From Amoebidium appalachense (taxonomy: Eukaryota > Protista > Ichthyosporea), in the NCBI GenBank assembly GCA_963693365.1, contig CAVNZM010000007.1, forward strand, positions 5,515,962 through 5,579,961: DNA of 64,000 nt. Direction: 5' to 3'. Positions 13,476 to 25,344 of the stretch are shown in pieces. The notes below the pieces were generated by a model. It worked only from the letters and a program-made list of their open reading frames with translations. It was not told where the DNA came from and did not search any database. Each line of letters opens with the position of its first letter. The first letter of the stretch is position 1. The translations under genes and the position numbers were made by a program.

Positions 13476-16261
13476 TGGATGGGGGTTGAAGAGTATTATT
13501 GGTTAAAGCTACCACAGCATGTAAAAGACACAGAAGGTAAATCTTGCCCCCCCCCCCCCCCGTGTGTGTGTGGATGCAAGTGTGCAAGTGGGCATGCCCA
13601 CGTGCATGCATGTGCTCGACTTTGTCCGTGTCTCTTAGTGTGTGTGCTTGTTGGAGTCTGTGTGTGTGTGCATGCCCCCCCCCTCACCCCCCTCTTCCCC
13701 CCGGCATCCCCCCCCCCCTCCCCCCCCACACACACATCCATTTGCAGACACATGCACACACGAAAAGAGGTGGAGAAGGGGAACCTACGCGAAAGCACAC
13801 ATGACCTGACTATTCATAATGCACCCCTCCCCCCTCCCCCCCCCTCCCCCCTCCCACCCATACACACACAAAAGAAGGGGAAAAAATAATAAACACCCTG
13901 ATCACGCCTGCACCACCTTCTCCCCCCCATTTTCATAGTCCAGCCAATCTACAGCCCTCTCCATCAGCCCCCCCCTCCCCCCCCTCCAAAAAAAAAGAAA
14001 AGAAGAAAAAAAAAATACAAACAAAGGAAAAAAAAAGCACACACAAAAGAAAAAAAACACACCTGGGCCACCTCCTCCCTGCCATTCTCAAAGTCCAGCC
14101 TCTCTATAGCCCTCTCCATCAGCTGCACCCTCCACCGCACAAACATGTCTATTCCCCCCTGGTCCTCAAACACAGCTTTGGAGTCCAACGTCCCGTAGAA
14201 GTTGTACGTCACTGGCTGGTCTGGGAGTTGATGAGGGGTGTGTGTGTGTGTGTGTGTGTTGGGGGGGGGGGGGGGGGAGGGGGGGGGAGGGGGGGGGAGG
14301 GAGGAAAGAAGGGTGGGGGAGGGGGGAGGGGGGAGGGAGAGGGGGAAGGGATGAAGGGATGAAGAAGGGGTAGGAGTGTGGGGGAGTTGGGGGAGTAGGG
14401 AGGGATGGAGGGATGGAGGGGGTAGGGGGGTGAGGGATGGAGGGTTGGGCAGGAGGTGTGTGTCTGTGCGGGGGGGAGGGGGGAGGGGGGGGAAGGGTTG
14501 GGGGGAGTCCCAATTGGAAAGGGGTGATAGGGGGGAGGGGTGGGTTAGAATGTGTTACAGAGTACCTTACGAACGCTAACATTCGCAATGGGTAACATAT
14601 TGAACACACAATGAGTATACATCATCAACAGAGCCTATCGTCAGGGGGGAGGGGAGGGGGGCGAAGGGGTCAGCGGCAGGAAGGGAGAAGGGGGGAGTGG
14701 AGTGTGCTGGGGTGGGGGTGGAGAGAGGGAATGTGCCGGCCCCGCAGGGGCCGCGGGGGAGAGAGGGGGGGATGGGGGGGTCGGGGGGAAGGGGTGGGGG
14801 GGGGGGGGGATGGGAGAGGTTAAAACGCATACACCTCATAAATGATACGTCGCAGATGAAGGAAGGCATGCAATTTGGGTGGTGTTGGCTGGGGTTGGGG
14901 TTAAGGGGGTAAGGTGGTAGTGGGTTGCGGTAATTGATTGATGATAACAATATAATTATAGCTATAATTATATCATATTATATAAAAATATAATTATAGT
15001 TATAAATAAGGAGCTAGCAACATGACCAGGACTGCATCAATCAGAGGTCACTCGATAATGAATGAACGTTAAACAAACAACGACCCATTTGCATGGAAAC
15101 AAGACGCCACACCGGCTAAGGGAGAGGTATTGACCGTATAGAGGAATGGTTTTCTTTCTTTCTCTCTTTCTTTTTTTCCATTTTTTTTTGTGGTGGTGGT
15201 GGGGTGTGTGTGTGTGGGCGGGGGGGGGGGAAGCCGGGGAGGGGGGGGGGGGGGGGGGGGGGGGGAGGAAGCAGTACCCAGTATGTAGCAGAACTTTCAC
15301 AACTGCAAACCAAATGCAGACATGCACACAAGAACACAGACTCAAAGGATACAGCAGATGTAGGCCGCATGCCTCTTTGCTTTGGGGGGAAGGGGGAATA
15401 GGAAGAAAGGAGGGGGGGGGGGGGGGGGGGGAGGGGGGTTTGAATGCGGAACACAGTACGAAGTACGCATAGACGATGAGAAGCATGATGCAGGACACAT
15501 GCAAAGGCAAACATTCAAGTATGCAGCATCAGCCATGCGCACAGTATGCGTCATAAGCAGAGCCCATCCTCAGGGAGGGGGGGGGGAGGGGGGGGGGGGG
15601 GGGGGGGGGGGGGGATTGCATTAAAGGGATGTAAATATGAAGGAGACCCCAAAGGGCAAAATATAAAACGTCATAAATCTAAAAAAACCCGAAATCAAAA
15701 TATAAAATGGAACAAATAAAACGCCTGCAGGTGGGCTGGTGGGCGGGGGGGCCAAGGGGAGGGGAGGGAGGGGGGGGGGAGGGGGGGGGGTTTGAATGCG
15801 GAACACAGTACGAAGTACGCATAGACGATGAGAAGCATGATGCAGGACACATGCAAAGGCAAACATTCAAGTATGCAGCATCAGCCATGCGCACAGTATG
15901 CGTCATAAGCAGAGCCCATGGGTGGGAGGGTGTGTGTGTGAGAGGGGGGGGGGGGGGGGGGGGAGGGGGGAGCGAACTGTTTCTGTCTGTGCCGTAAACA
16001 CAACCAAGACTGTCAAAGGCAGAGGGGAAGGTCTCCCCCGACAGAGCCTTGACGTTGAACTCCTTGCGCCACTGATGGGGGAAAAGGGGGGGGGGGGGGG
16101 GAGGAGGGGGTGGGGAGGGGGGGGGGGGGGAGATGGAGACGGAAAAGGGGAGGGGGGGAGGGAGAGGGGGGAGAGGGAGAGGGAGAGGGGGGGGGGGGGG
16201 GGGGGGGGGGGGGGAAGGAAGAGTGTGTGTGTGGTTGCGTGCGTGCTATGTGTGTGTGCGC

Positions 16262-16295
<34 letters not shown>

Positions 16296-16331
16296 ATGCG
16301 TGTGTGTGTGCGTGCGTGCGTGCGTGCGTGC

Positions 16332-16388
<57 letters not shown>

Positions 16389-17217
16389 AGGGGAGACAGG
16401 GGAGACGGGGGGGTCGGGGGGAGGGGGGGACGGGTAGGAGAGGGAAAGGAAAAATGTTTGGATTGGTCGATGATGGGACTGGTGCGAGTGGTTTGCTTTG
16501 GGGAGTGCGGGAGTGTGGGGAAGGGGGAAGAAGGGGTTGATAAAAAAGATGAGGGGATGAGTGAGGGGGAGAGCCAGTCACTTGGAAGATGGGAATGGGG
16601 ACAACCCCGTGACTGATATTGGATTTGATCAGGCCTATAATGTCTTTGCCTGTGTGACTATGAAAGGGCAACATCGGCACAAACGAGACTCAGCAGTGTG
16701 CCCCCCCCGCCCCTCCCCCCTCCGGCCCCGCCGCCCTCCCCGCCCCATCCCCCACACACGCACACATTCCTTTCCCCACCAATGCCATTTTTTTCAAGGT
16801 CACACAGTACGCAGGAATACAATCACGTGCGCACAAATTAAACTCTACTAACTCAATTTATGTTGCCGGCATTTACATACATCTCTTTCTTTTTGCCAAG
16901 TGAGGAGTCAGATAAGGTAATAGTTGCTGTGGCCTTGCGTGCTGTTTTCGGCGCTTTCTCCATTTTCCCGTGTGCTCACCCCCGTCCCCCCCCTAGCCTG
17001 CACGCACTGGTCTCCCCCTAACCATACATGTAGCCCCCTCCCCCCCCCCCCCTTCTCCCCCTCTTCTATAGCACTATCACCAAGACTCACACGCCGCCAC
17101 TCACCAACACACAAACCACCACTACCACCACCACTACACAGGCACACCACAGCAATACACTAACACACGTGTCACACACACACCCATATTCAAAAAGATC
17201 CCTCCACTCCCTTTCCC

Positions 17218-17261
<44 letters not shown>

Positions 17262-18294
17262 TCCCCCCTCCCTCAAAGAAGCTAGACACACAAAAACACC
17301 GACGAAGCACCTCATATACACACCCACACACACACACACACACACACCCACACACACACACACACACCTTGAGCGTGTTGACAATCATCTCTAGACTCTT
17401 CTCCATCTCAAACTCCCGTGCTCTCAGATACTTCAGCAGCACCACCTTCTCCTTCACCCCGAAGCTGTTTTCAAGATCAGAGAGAGAGGCAGCCCACAGC
17501 TCGAGCTGCGTAACAGATAAGAAAGCAGTTGTTATCATAATGATAATGGTGTATTGCCGAAAAGCTGCAAGATTAGTAGCAAAAGTTGTCCGTTTACTGT
17601 CCCTTGTGTTTCCCCAGGCCGGTTTCCTCCTACGACTCAAGATCTAGATGCGAATGTGTCAAAAGCACTATCTAGAGAGATATAGCCATGTCAGCTCCTC
17701 CCCCCTCCCACCCACACACCACTTCTGCCCCCCATCCCTCTATTTGGCCAGTGAAGAATCTTCCCAAACCAGATCCCCTCCCTCACTTTTACTTCTTTTC
17801 TTCTCATGCTATCATTCAATCTCCAGGGCTCTAATTGAGCAAAAACAGGCACCGTGACGTGACACTCCTTTCCGTTTCAAATTCATAGTCAGCCAAGCCT
17901 TTCAATAATCTCTAACCCTGCTTTATACACACCTTACAGACATACGCGGAAATAAACAGCTAACCGTAATAGAAACACAAACTCCTCAGGCTGCAAAAAG
18001 CTAAAGAGCACACGTGCTCGTAAATGTGCCCTTTTCTTGGAGGTTCTGCTGCCACAGTTTCTTTCGTTTTGTCCATTACAAGTCCTAGTGCTGATAAAAA
18101 CAAAAGGTTCCCACTGCTTCCAACTAGTCAAACCAGCTAGCAGGCTACGTCTTTCACATCCTTCCCTCTTCCCTTAGATTTCCGCCCCTCATCCCCAATA
18201 ATCTCGGGAAAAAGGGTACCAAAATCTGTCACTCCCAGCTTTCGTAACACGCCCACACAAGTACGTATGATGCCGCCATCCCAGCCTCACATCC

Positions 18295-18325
<31 letters not shown>

Positions 18326-18472
18326 CCTCCCGCCCTCACATCCGCCCCCACTTACATCCTCCTTTTCAAACTTGTGCTTCTGCAACTCGGCAGGGATGGC
18401 CTTTCTGAATGCCTCCAGAGCCTCCTCTTGCTTGGGCGTCAGGTTGCCCAGATAGCCTGCCTGCTTCGCCAT
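11514..18472 (-). CDS. SEC14/CRAL-TRIO lipid-binding protein with C-terminal GOLD-like domain (patellin/SEC14L-like), 6 exons, 370 aa
   Basis: Exons 18472-18356, 17505-17368, 16071-15978, 14220-14063, 13302-13219 and 12035-11514, all GT-AG with consistent phases. Motifs: [72 protein letters not shown]. Confidence 0.92.
12785..15919 (-). repeat. Family A copies in SEC14 introns 3 and 5
   Basis: Copies at ~12785-12820 (degenerate), 13095-13165, 14543-14645, 15438-15575 and 15791-15919. The last two appear identical over ~129 bp. On + they read (G)nTT(A/T)GAATG...CAGAGCCCATCCTCAGGG. Confidence 0.85.
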
Positions 18473-18970
18473 GTCTACGAATGTGGGAGAGACTTAATGC
18501 TACACTGCTCTATGAATTGGTCAAGAAGGGAAGGAGTGGTTTGTGTAACTGTGTTCTGGGCTGGAACCCTGGGTGTTCCGTGTTTTCTTTTCGTCTTTGA
18601 AAAAAACGTGTAACGTTCCGGAATGATGACGCGTTTCCCCCTTTACTCGTTTTAGAAAAGACGATTATGGGGCTTTTTTTTCCCCTTTCGACTTCATTTT
18701 TTTTTCTTTTGTTTTTTAAAAAGAAGTTCATTTATTCAAAATCAACCGTTGTCCGTTGACTCTTAAGCTGAATCCGATGAAGGTGGAACTTCTGCATACT
18801 TTGGAGGAAAGGAAACCCCTTTACGAGTTTAGCTAACAGCAAGTGCACAAGAGGATGTCTGAACACCATATGTAATTCATATACATATTCAGCTTGACAG
18901 GAGACTTACAGAATTCGTCAGACCCACATCAAAATCATAAGTTTTGGTTGGCACACATGGTGCGCTTGCT

Positions 18971-19061
18971 GATTGGTTGCTTCAGTTTTAAGCCAATCAA
19001 CAATATTACGCTTATCGGAAGTGCGTGATTGGATACATGCTAGATGTCAGGGCGGCCAATC
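18971..19061. promoter_or_regulatory. Cluster of four CCAAT boxes between the SEC14 start and the tRNA
   Basis: GATTGG at 18971, CCAAT at 18993, GATTGG at 19027 and CCAAT at 19056. Similar clusters precede the GATA gene (5655-5876) and the cyclin (58361-58467). Confidence 0.45.
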
Positions 19062-19310
19062 AAACGCTTGATCATTGTGGGGTTACTGGGGTATTTCCAC
19101 TGACGAGTCAGAGATTCCGATTTGTATTATTGTCCATTATTATTCTATCTCCTTTTTGTTTGAAAGGATGGGATTAAATAAGCCAATGTATCTATATTAG
19201 AATATATATATTATATCACATGATTCAAGTGTCACACGTAACTGGAACTTCGTCACTGTATTACGGTAAACAAATATAAGTATTTTGATAAGCGCCGGGT
19301 CAGCACGGAA

Positions 19311-19382
19311 GGGGCTATAGCTCAGTGGTAGAGCAATCGGTTGCAGCCCGATAGGTCGCTAGTTCGAATCTGGCTGGTCCCT
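19311..19382 (+). tRNA. trnC-GCA: tRNA-Cys (anticodon GCA)
   Basis: Cloverleaf: acceptor GGGGCTA/TGGTCCC, D arm GCTC-AGTGGTA-GAGC, anticodon arm ATCGG-TTGCAGC-CCGAT, T arm GCTAG-TTCGAAT-CTGGC, discriminator U. An oligo-T Pol III terminator follows at ~19418. Confidence 0.93.
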
Positions 19383-19636
19383 ATGGCCCCCGACGCAGGG
19401 GTGCAAACCTTCCGCTCTTTTTTTTCTTTTTTTTTGCTCTCTCTCTCCTTCTCTTTTATTTTGTTGTTCCGTTCGATAATGGATATGCGTTCTCTTTTCC
19501 AAAACAAAAAAAAAACTTTTTTGCTGTGTCGTCTGTCTTTAAAGAGATACAAAGACTGATTCAGGTGGCACATTTTTATCGTTTCCATCAACCTCCTCTT
19601 TTTACATGTTACAGTTTCTTTTTTTCGTTCTCCCCT

Positions 19637-19668
<32 letters not shown>

Positions 19669-20334
19669 TTTTTTTTTTTTTTCTTTCCCCGTTGGATGAG
19701 CAGGTGGGTGAGTGGGCCCAGTGGGTGGGTGGGTAAGGGTGGGTAGGTGGATGGGCGGGGTGGGGGTGGATGGTTGGGTGGGTGGGGGGGGGGGGGGGGG
19801 GGGGGAGGGGGGGGAGGGAGGGGGGGGGGGGGGAGGGGGAGGGAGGGGGGGGGGGAGGGGGGGAGGGGATACGTGGCAAAGGAGGGCTGGCGATCGCGAT
19901 GGTTTGTGTGTGTGTGTGTGCGTGTGTGTGTGTGTGTGCTGGTGTCTGTGTTTGCATGGCTGTGTGCCAGTTTTGCGTGTGTGCGAATGTGTGCGAATGT
20001 GAGAGTGTTGAATCACCGTGAGTCTTGCGTGGCAGGGGTCCTTTTTTATCTTTTTTTGCTAAATCTTATTTCACCTCCCAGAGGCTAGCCTCTTCCATCT
20101 ACAATTGTAGTTAGCTCTGCCTATCTATTCCCCACACTGTGCAGGCAAGCGGTGGGTGGTGGTGGCGGTGATGTATGTGTGCGCATGTGATTGTGTGTAG
20201 TTGTGCTTGCCCTTGTCTGGGGTAGCATCACTGTGTGGCCAGTCTTTCGTTTTTCTTTTGTTTTTTTTCCCCTTGAAGTGACCTATTATGATTTTTATGA
20301 AACTTTCTTTTTTTTTTTTTTTTTTGGTGCATGT

Positions 20335-20379
<45 letters not shown>

Positions 20380-20490
20380 GAGAATGGGGGTTATCTGTGC
20401 ACCAGTGTTGCTGTGTGTGTGTATGTGTGTGCGTGTGTGCGTGTGTGTGTGTGTGCATGTGTGTGTGTTCGTGTGTGTATTCGCGCGCGC

Positions 20491-20530
<40 letters not shown>

Positions 20531-20611
20531 CGTCTGTGTGTGCCTGTGCACGTGTGTGTGCGTGTGCACGTGCGTGTATGTGCATCTCTCTCTTTTGCTC
20601 TCTCTCTCTCA

Positions 20612-20692
<81 letters not shown>

Positions 20693-20726
20693 ACAGTGTG
20701 TGTGTTTCTGTAAGTTTGTGCGTGTT

Positions 20727-20842
<116 letters not shown>

Positions 20843-21540
20843 CGGTGTGTGCATGACTGTGTGTGTGTGTGTGTTTGTGTGCGTTTGTTCATGTGGGTGT
20901 GTCTTGGTGACTCAAATGGGAGCAAGCGCGTGGGGGAGGAGGGGAGAGCATAACCTGGGACATATTTGACACTTCGTTTTTTTTGTGCCCATAAGCGTCT
21001 CTCACGGTGTGTGTAACAATGCAGGTAGATGTGTTCATCTGTATGTGAAATGGTGGTGGCTCTGGGAGAGGAGCTCTAGGAAATTTGTAAATGGTGGTCA
21101 AAATGGAGGAGGTGGAGGCCTTGAACAGGTTGGGGTATAAAGGATTGCGTTTTTAGTTTTTATTTTTATTTTTATTTTTTTATTTTTTTTTTTGGGGGGG
21201 GGGGGGGGGGGGAAGAGGGGGAGGGGGGAGGAGGGGGGGGGGGGGGGGGGGGGGGGCATGTCTGGAAGGCCTTCATGGTTTGTACCTTAGATACTTTATT
21301 CTGTACTGCAATTTCATTATATTCTTTTCGAATTTTCTAGTGAAATTTCAAGTGCTCAGTGTAAATCATATTGCAAACTAATTCCGTTGTACAAGCTACC
21401 GTTAACCGTTAAAAAACAGTTATAACTATCAAGTAAATATTTTTTTCCAAAAGATTGCTCTACGTTTAGTGGTGTTTAGCGTGCATTTTTAGTAAACCAC
21501 TGCACATTATAGTATTGTGCACATACGAAACCGGTAGAAA

Positions 21541-21600
21541 TTAGAAGTATTTGCAGTAGGTGGGGTAGTTGACGCAGTCGTTGTTCCACACAACACGGTC
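21541..21600 (-). pseudogene. 60-bp duplicated fragment of the 3' end of the DPBB/SPI-like gene
   Basis: TTAGAAGTATTTGCAGTAGGTGGGGTAGTTGACGCAGTCGTTGTTCCACACA nearly matches 24306-24357. Confidence 0.85.
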
Positions 21601-21625
21601 TTATAAAGAAAATAAGGGCTAGGTA

Positions 21626-21712
21626 GGGGTTTACACACTTTTTATTGCTATGGACACTGTCTGGGGCCCAGCCTCACGTGACGGCCTACTGCGTTTTCCA
21701 GCGCAGCCAATC
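21626..21712 (+). repeat. Dispersed repeat family B (shared sharp left end GGGGTTTAC)
   Basis: Homologous copies at 58570-58651 (..GGGGCCCAGCC..GACGGCCTACTGCGTTTTCCAGCGCAGCCAATC) and 61639-61680 (GGGGTTTACACACTATTTATTGCTGTGGACACTGTCTGGGG). Confidence 0.8.
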
Positions 21713-22639
21713 CCATAAGGTTATCTCCGTTTGGGGGGAGGGGGGGGGGGGGGAGGGGGGGAGGTGGGGAGGTGGGGGGGGGGGGGGGGGGGGGGGGGGG
21801 AGGCTTGCTACTAAATAGAGGGTTGAATTCGAGGGTCCCATAAAATTGGGGGTGCGCTTCAGATTGAGATCGACCAAATTCCATAATTGATCCAGTCTGT
21901 CAATCGAGGACGGGAGGTCCGAAAATTGAACTTTCAAAATAAACCCCAGGTCACTTAGTGGGGCTTGGTTAGTTAGGATATATGTATGTCTACCGGTGAA
22001 AAAATCTGGTTCGAGCTGCCCGTTTTTGCTTAGCGTAAGCAAATATGGAGGGGGTAGAAATCGATTTTTCCAACGGCTAACACATCAATATCCATTATGT
22101 AATTACCCCGCACTTTATTAGTAGGATTTTTTTTCAGTGCAAGTTTCTGCGTTCATTCTCTCTGAATGTATCTTGGGAAATGTGACAAAATAAAAAAAAA
22201 AAGAGCACCGAAAAAGATAAGTTTCGCCGGCTCACAGATTGGCATTTAATCGATCTGATGAGTTGGATCCCCTGCACCGCGGCGTCGGCAAACCATCCAT
22301 TACGTCACCGTAAAACGTAAATTATGATGTGTTTTATTTATGTCAACGCACATGAGATTCCACCAATAGGCACACGGCAAATCCCATCCTTCTTATTGCA
22401 TGGCACGGAAAGGGTGACCAGCCCAACCCAGGATCTTAACGGGCTACCACTTTTAGGGGGTGGTATATCTGGTCTATCTGCAAGGCTTATATGGTATATC
22501 TACTATCTAATAGTATCTATCTGTCTGGGTCCATTTTTTCTCTCTATCTGGGAGCAAGCAAGGATCTGCCGGAACTGGGCAGTGGGTCGGGTTTTATACC
22601 CGCATCCGACTTGATCCGGAGGAGTACAGTCAGTCCCAC

Positions 22640-23025
22640 CATCTATCTGGTGTATCTATGCGGGAGGTCTTTCTGGTGTATCTATGCTGGAGGTCTCTCT
22701 GGTGTATCTATGTGGGAGGTGTATCCGATGGTCTATCTATCTGAAGGTGTATCCGATGGTCTATCTCTCTAGGAGGTGTATCTGGTCTATGTATCTATCT
22801 GAGAGGTGTATCTCGTCTATCTATCGGGAGGTGTATCTGGTCTATCTATCTGGGAGGTGTATCTGGGCTATCTATCTGGGAGGTGTATCTGGTCTATCTG
22901 TCTGGGTGGTGTATCTGGTCTATCTATCTGGGAGGTGTATGTATCTGGTCCATGTATCTATCTGGGAGGTGTATCTGGTCTATCTATCTGAGAGTTCCAT
23001 CTCTTGCGTCTGTCTGGGATCTACC
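22640..23025 (+). repeat. Minisatellite, ~26-bp unit CTATCTGGGAGGTGTATCTGGTCTAT, more than 10 degenerate copies
   Basis: The tandem periodicity is directly visible, with no unique spacers. Confidence 0.9.
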
Positions 23026-23039
23026 TGCATTGTATTTAT

Positions 23040-23070
<31 letters not shown>

Positions 23071-23214
23071 TTCCCCTGGGGCTCCACACTTACCTGTTCC
23101 CCATAGCCCTCCCGCTGGGGCAGCAAGATGTAGGCACAACCACTGCCACTGTTCGAGAAAACAGAACAGTGACAGCCCACATACATTTCGTCATCTCCTT
23201 CCCCTTCCCTTACC

Positions 23215-23251
<37 letters not shown>

Positions 23252-23541
23252 CCCCTCCCCCCCCTTCGGTAGTCCCCTGCCTTCACACAGTCACTCTCCG
23301 ACACTCCCATTCCGCCGCCCCTCACACGGTTCAAACTTCCCCATCTTCCCAACCCGCCCCAACCCCCACAACCTCCCACAACGCCCCAACCCCATCCCCC
23401 CCCCCCCACAGACACACACAGCTCCACTCCCGACACCCACAACCCCCTTCAAATTGCACCCACTTCCCTCCCCACCCTCCCCCCCCCCCCCCTGTGCACC
23501 CCCCACCCTCCCACCCCCCTTCGGGGTGATCCTCCCCCCCT

Positions 23542-23574
<33 letters not shown>

Positions 23575-23651
23575 CGGAGGGGGGGGGGGGGGGGGGGGGG
23601 TGAGAGGGAGAGGGGAGGATCAGCGACATACAGTAGCTGCTGGGGGATGCA

Positions 23652-23703
<52 letters not shown>

Positions 23704-23802
23704 CGGGGGGATTCCGAACGGGATATGGGCGCAGAGAGGTCTATGAGGGGATTAATATTTAGGGGTGGGAAGGCGCCCAGGGAGGGTGGGGGTGGGGTGG
23801 GT

Positions 23803-23838
<36 letters not shown>

Positions 23839-24305
23839 CGGAGGGGGCAAGGTAGCGATTTTTGGGGGGAGGGGCGGGGGCGGGGGGGGGGGGGGGGGGG
23901 GGGGGGACTTTGGTGATAAATCTCACCCTAGTAGTGTAATACATAATTTAAATTATTATTCAATTTGTTACACAACCGAGTACCAGCCGGCGGATGAAAC
24001 TCTCTGTGACCCTCGGAATCCGAGGCTCCTATATGTACAGTACATAAATGACCGGTACACATGCACATCGCCTTTAGCGATTGCTTATACTATATTAGAG
24101 TTAAGTGATTAAATCAATATCTTTGGTGGGGACCACTTGATTAATGATTAATTAATTCTTTATGATGTATTCATACAATTGCCATTACAACTCAACTTGC
24201 AATTGATACATGTTTCTGGTTTATCAAACAGCTGGTGCCCTCTGCACAGTAGCCGACACGGAGATCCGACAGTGTACACACGTGTCTTCATACAGCCAGT
24301 AGCCA

Positions 24306-24897
24306 TTAGAAGTATTTGCAGTAGGTGGGGTAGTTGACGCAGCCGTTGTTCCACACACACCACTGGTCTGTTGGCGAGGATCGACCGCCTTGCACGTTTT
24401 TCCGCTGCTGCTTCCGCCAGTGCTGCCCCTCGTAGTGCCCCCGGTGCTGCCCCCGGTAGACCCGCCGGTGGACCCACCGGTGGAGCCGCCACTGCACGAC
24501 ACAAAAGTAATCCTCACGCCGTCTGCCACGCCGCGGTCTGTGCTGCCAAAGAGGCACACAAATACGGGCTTGCTGACGTCAAAGTGGTTGGAGGCGCATG
24601 AGGGGCACTTGTCCTTGACCGTCACGGCGATGGAGCGCCCATTTGCCTCCACGCGCACGCACACATTGCTGCAGAGAGGGTCGAGGTTGGGGTTTGCGCT
24701 GGTCCAGTGCGCATAGCTCACGGCGACGAGAGGCCGTGTGGCGGCGTTGTCCCGCAGGAACCGTAGCCGGCGTCGTCATAGTAGGTGATGCGGCCGTAGA
24801 TGGTCTGGCCAAACCAAAAGCTCTGCACGTTCCCGGCAAGCGCTGAGAAGAGAAGAAGGCCGGTCGCGGCGGCGGTGGACGTAAAGGTTGAAGACAT
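24306..24897 (-). pseudogene. Secreted RlpA-like DPBB (expansin-like / Streptomyces papain inhibitor-like) protein with GGST linker and C-terminal Cys-rich module; two frameshifts
   Basis: ATG at 24897: MSSTFTSTAAATGLLLFSALAGNVQS (signal-like) FWFGQTIYGRITYYDDAGYGSCGT /fs ~24750/ NAATRPLVAVSYAHWTSANPNLDPLCSNVCVRVEANGRSIAVTVKDKCPSCASNHFDVSKPVF..DRGVADGVRITFV, (GGST)n, TCKAVDPR /fs ~24373/ TDQWCVWNNGCVNYPTYCKYF*. Confidence 0.85.
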
Positions 24898-25344
24898 GTT
24901 GATGTTGGTTGTTTGTACTTTGTTTTTTTCTTTGCAGTTGAGCTCTGTTGGTCAAAGTGGCTGCGATGTTCAACATTTACATATACGGATGGTGATCTCT
25001 TAGGAATGCGCGGGATGACAAAGGATAAAAGCGAGCCAATCAACAACTATTTCTACGTTACCCTTACAATAGATCTGTTGCCATCAGGGTTGCCATCATC
25101 ATCAATCGCACTCTGTATTTATGACAAGCTTGCCAGATGCACAAGAGGCATGATATGTACTGTTTCTTGGCTGCGTAACTGTATGTACGCAGAAAACCTC
25201 TCCGGGCGTCAGAGATACATATGAGTTTCTGCATTTTTGATTCTGTAGCATGTGCGCCTGTGCGACAACTGGGAAATTCATCGGATGGCGAAACCTGGAA
25301 TGTTTCTGCAGCAAACCAATTCAGCACAAGCATGCTGGAAATAC

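Noticed and set aside
19311-19382. tRNA-Ala(TGC) reading
   Set aside because: The 7-nt loop centres on GCA, position 3:70 is G:C rather than G:U, and the discriminator is U.
22640-23025. CRISPR-like periodicity
   Set aside because: The units are contiguous and degenerate with no unique spacers, there are no cas genes, and the context is eukaryotic.
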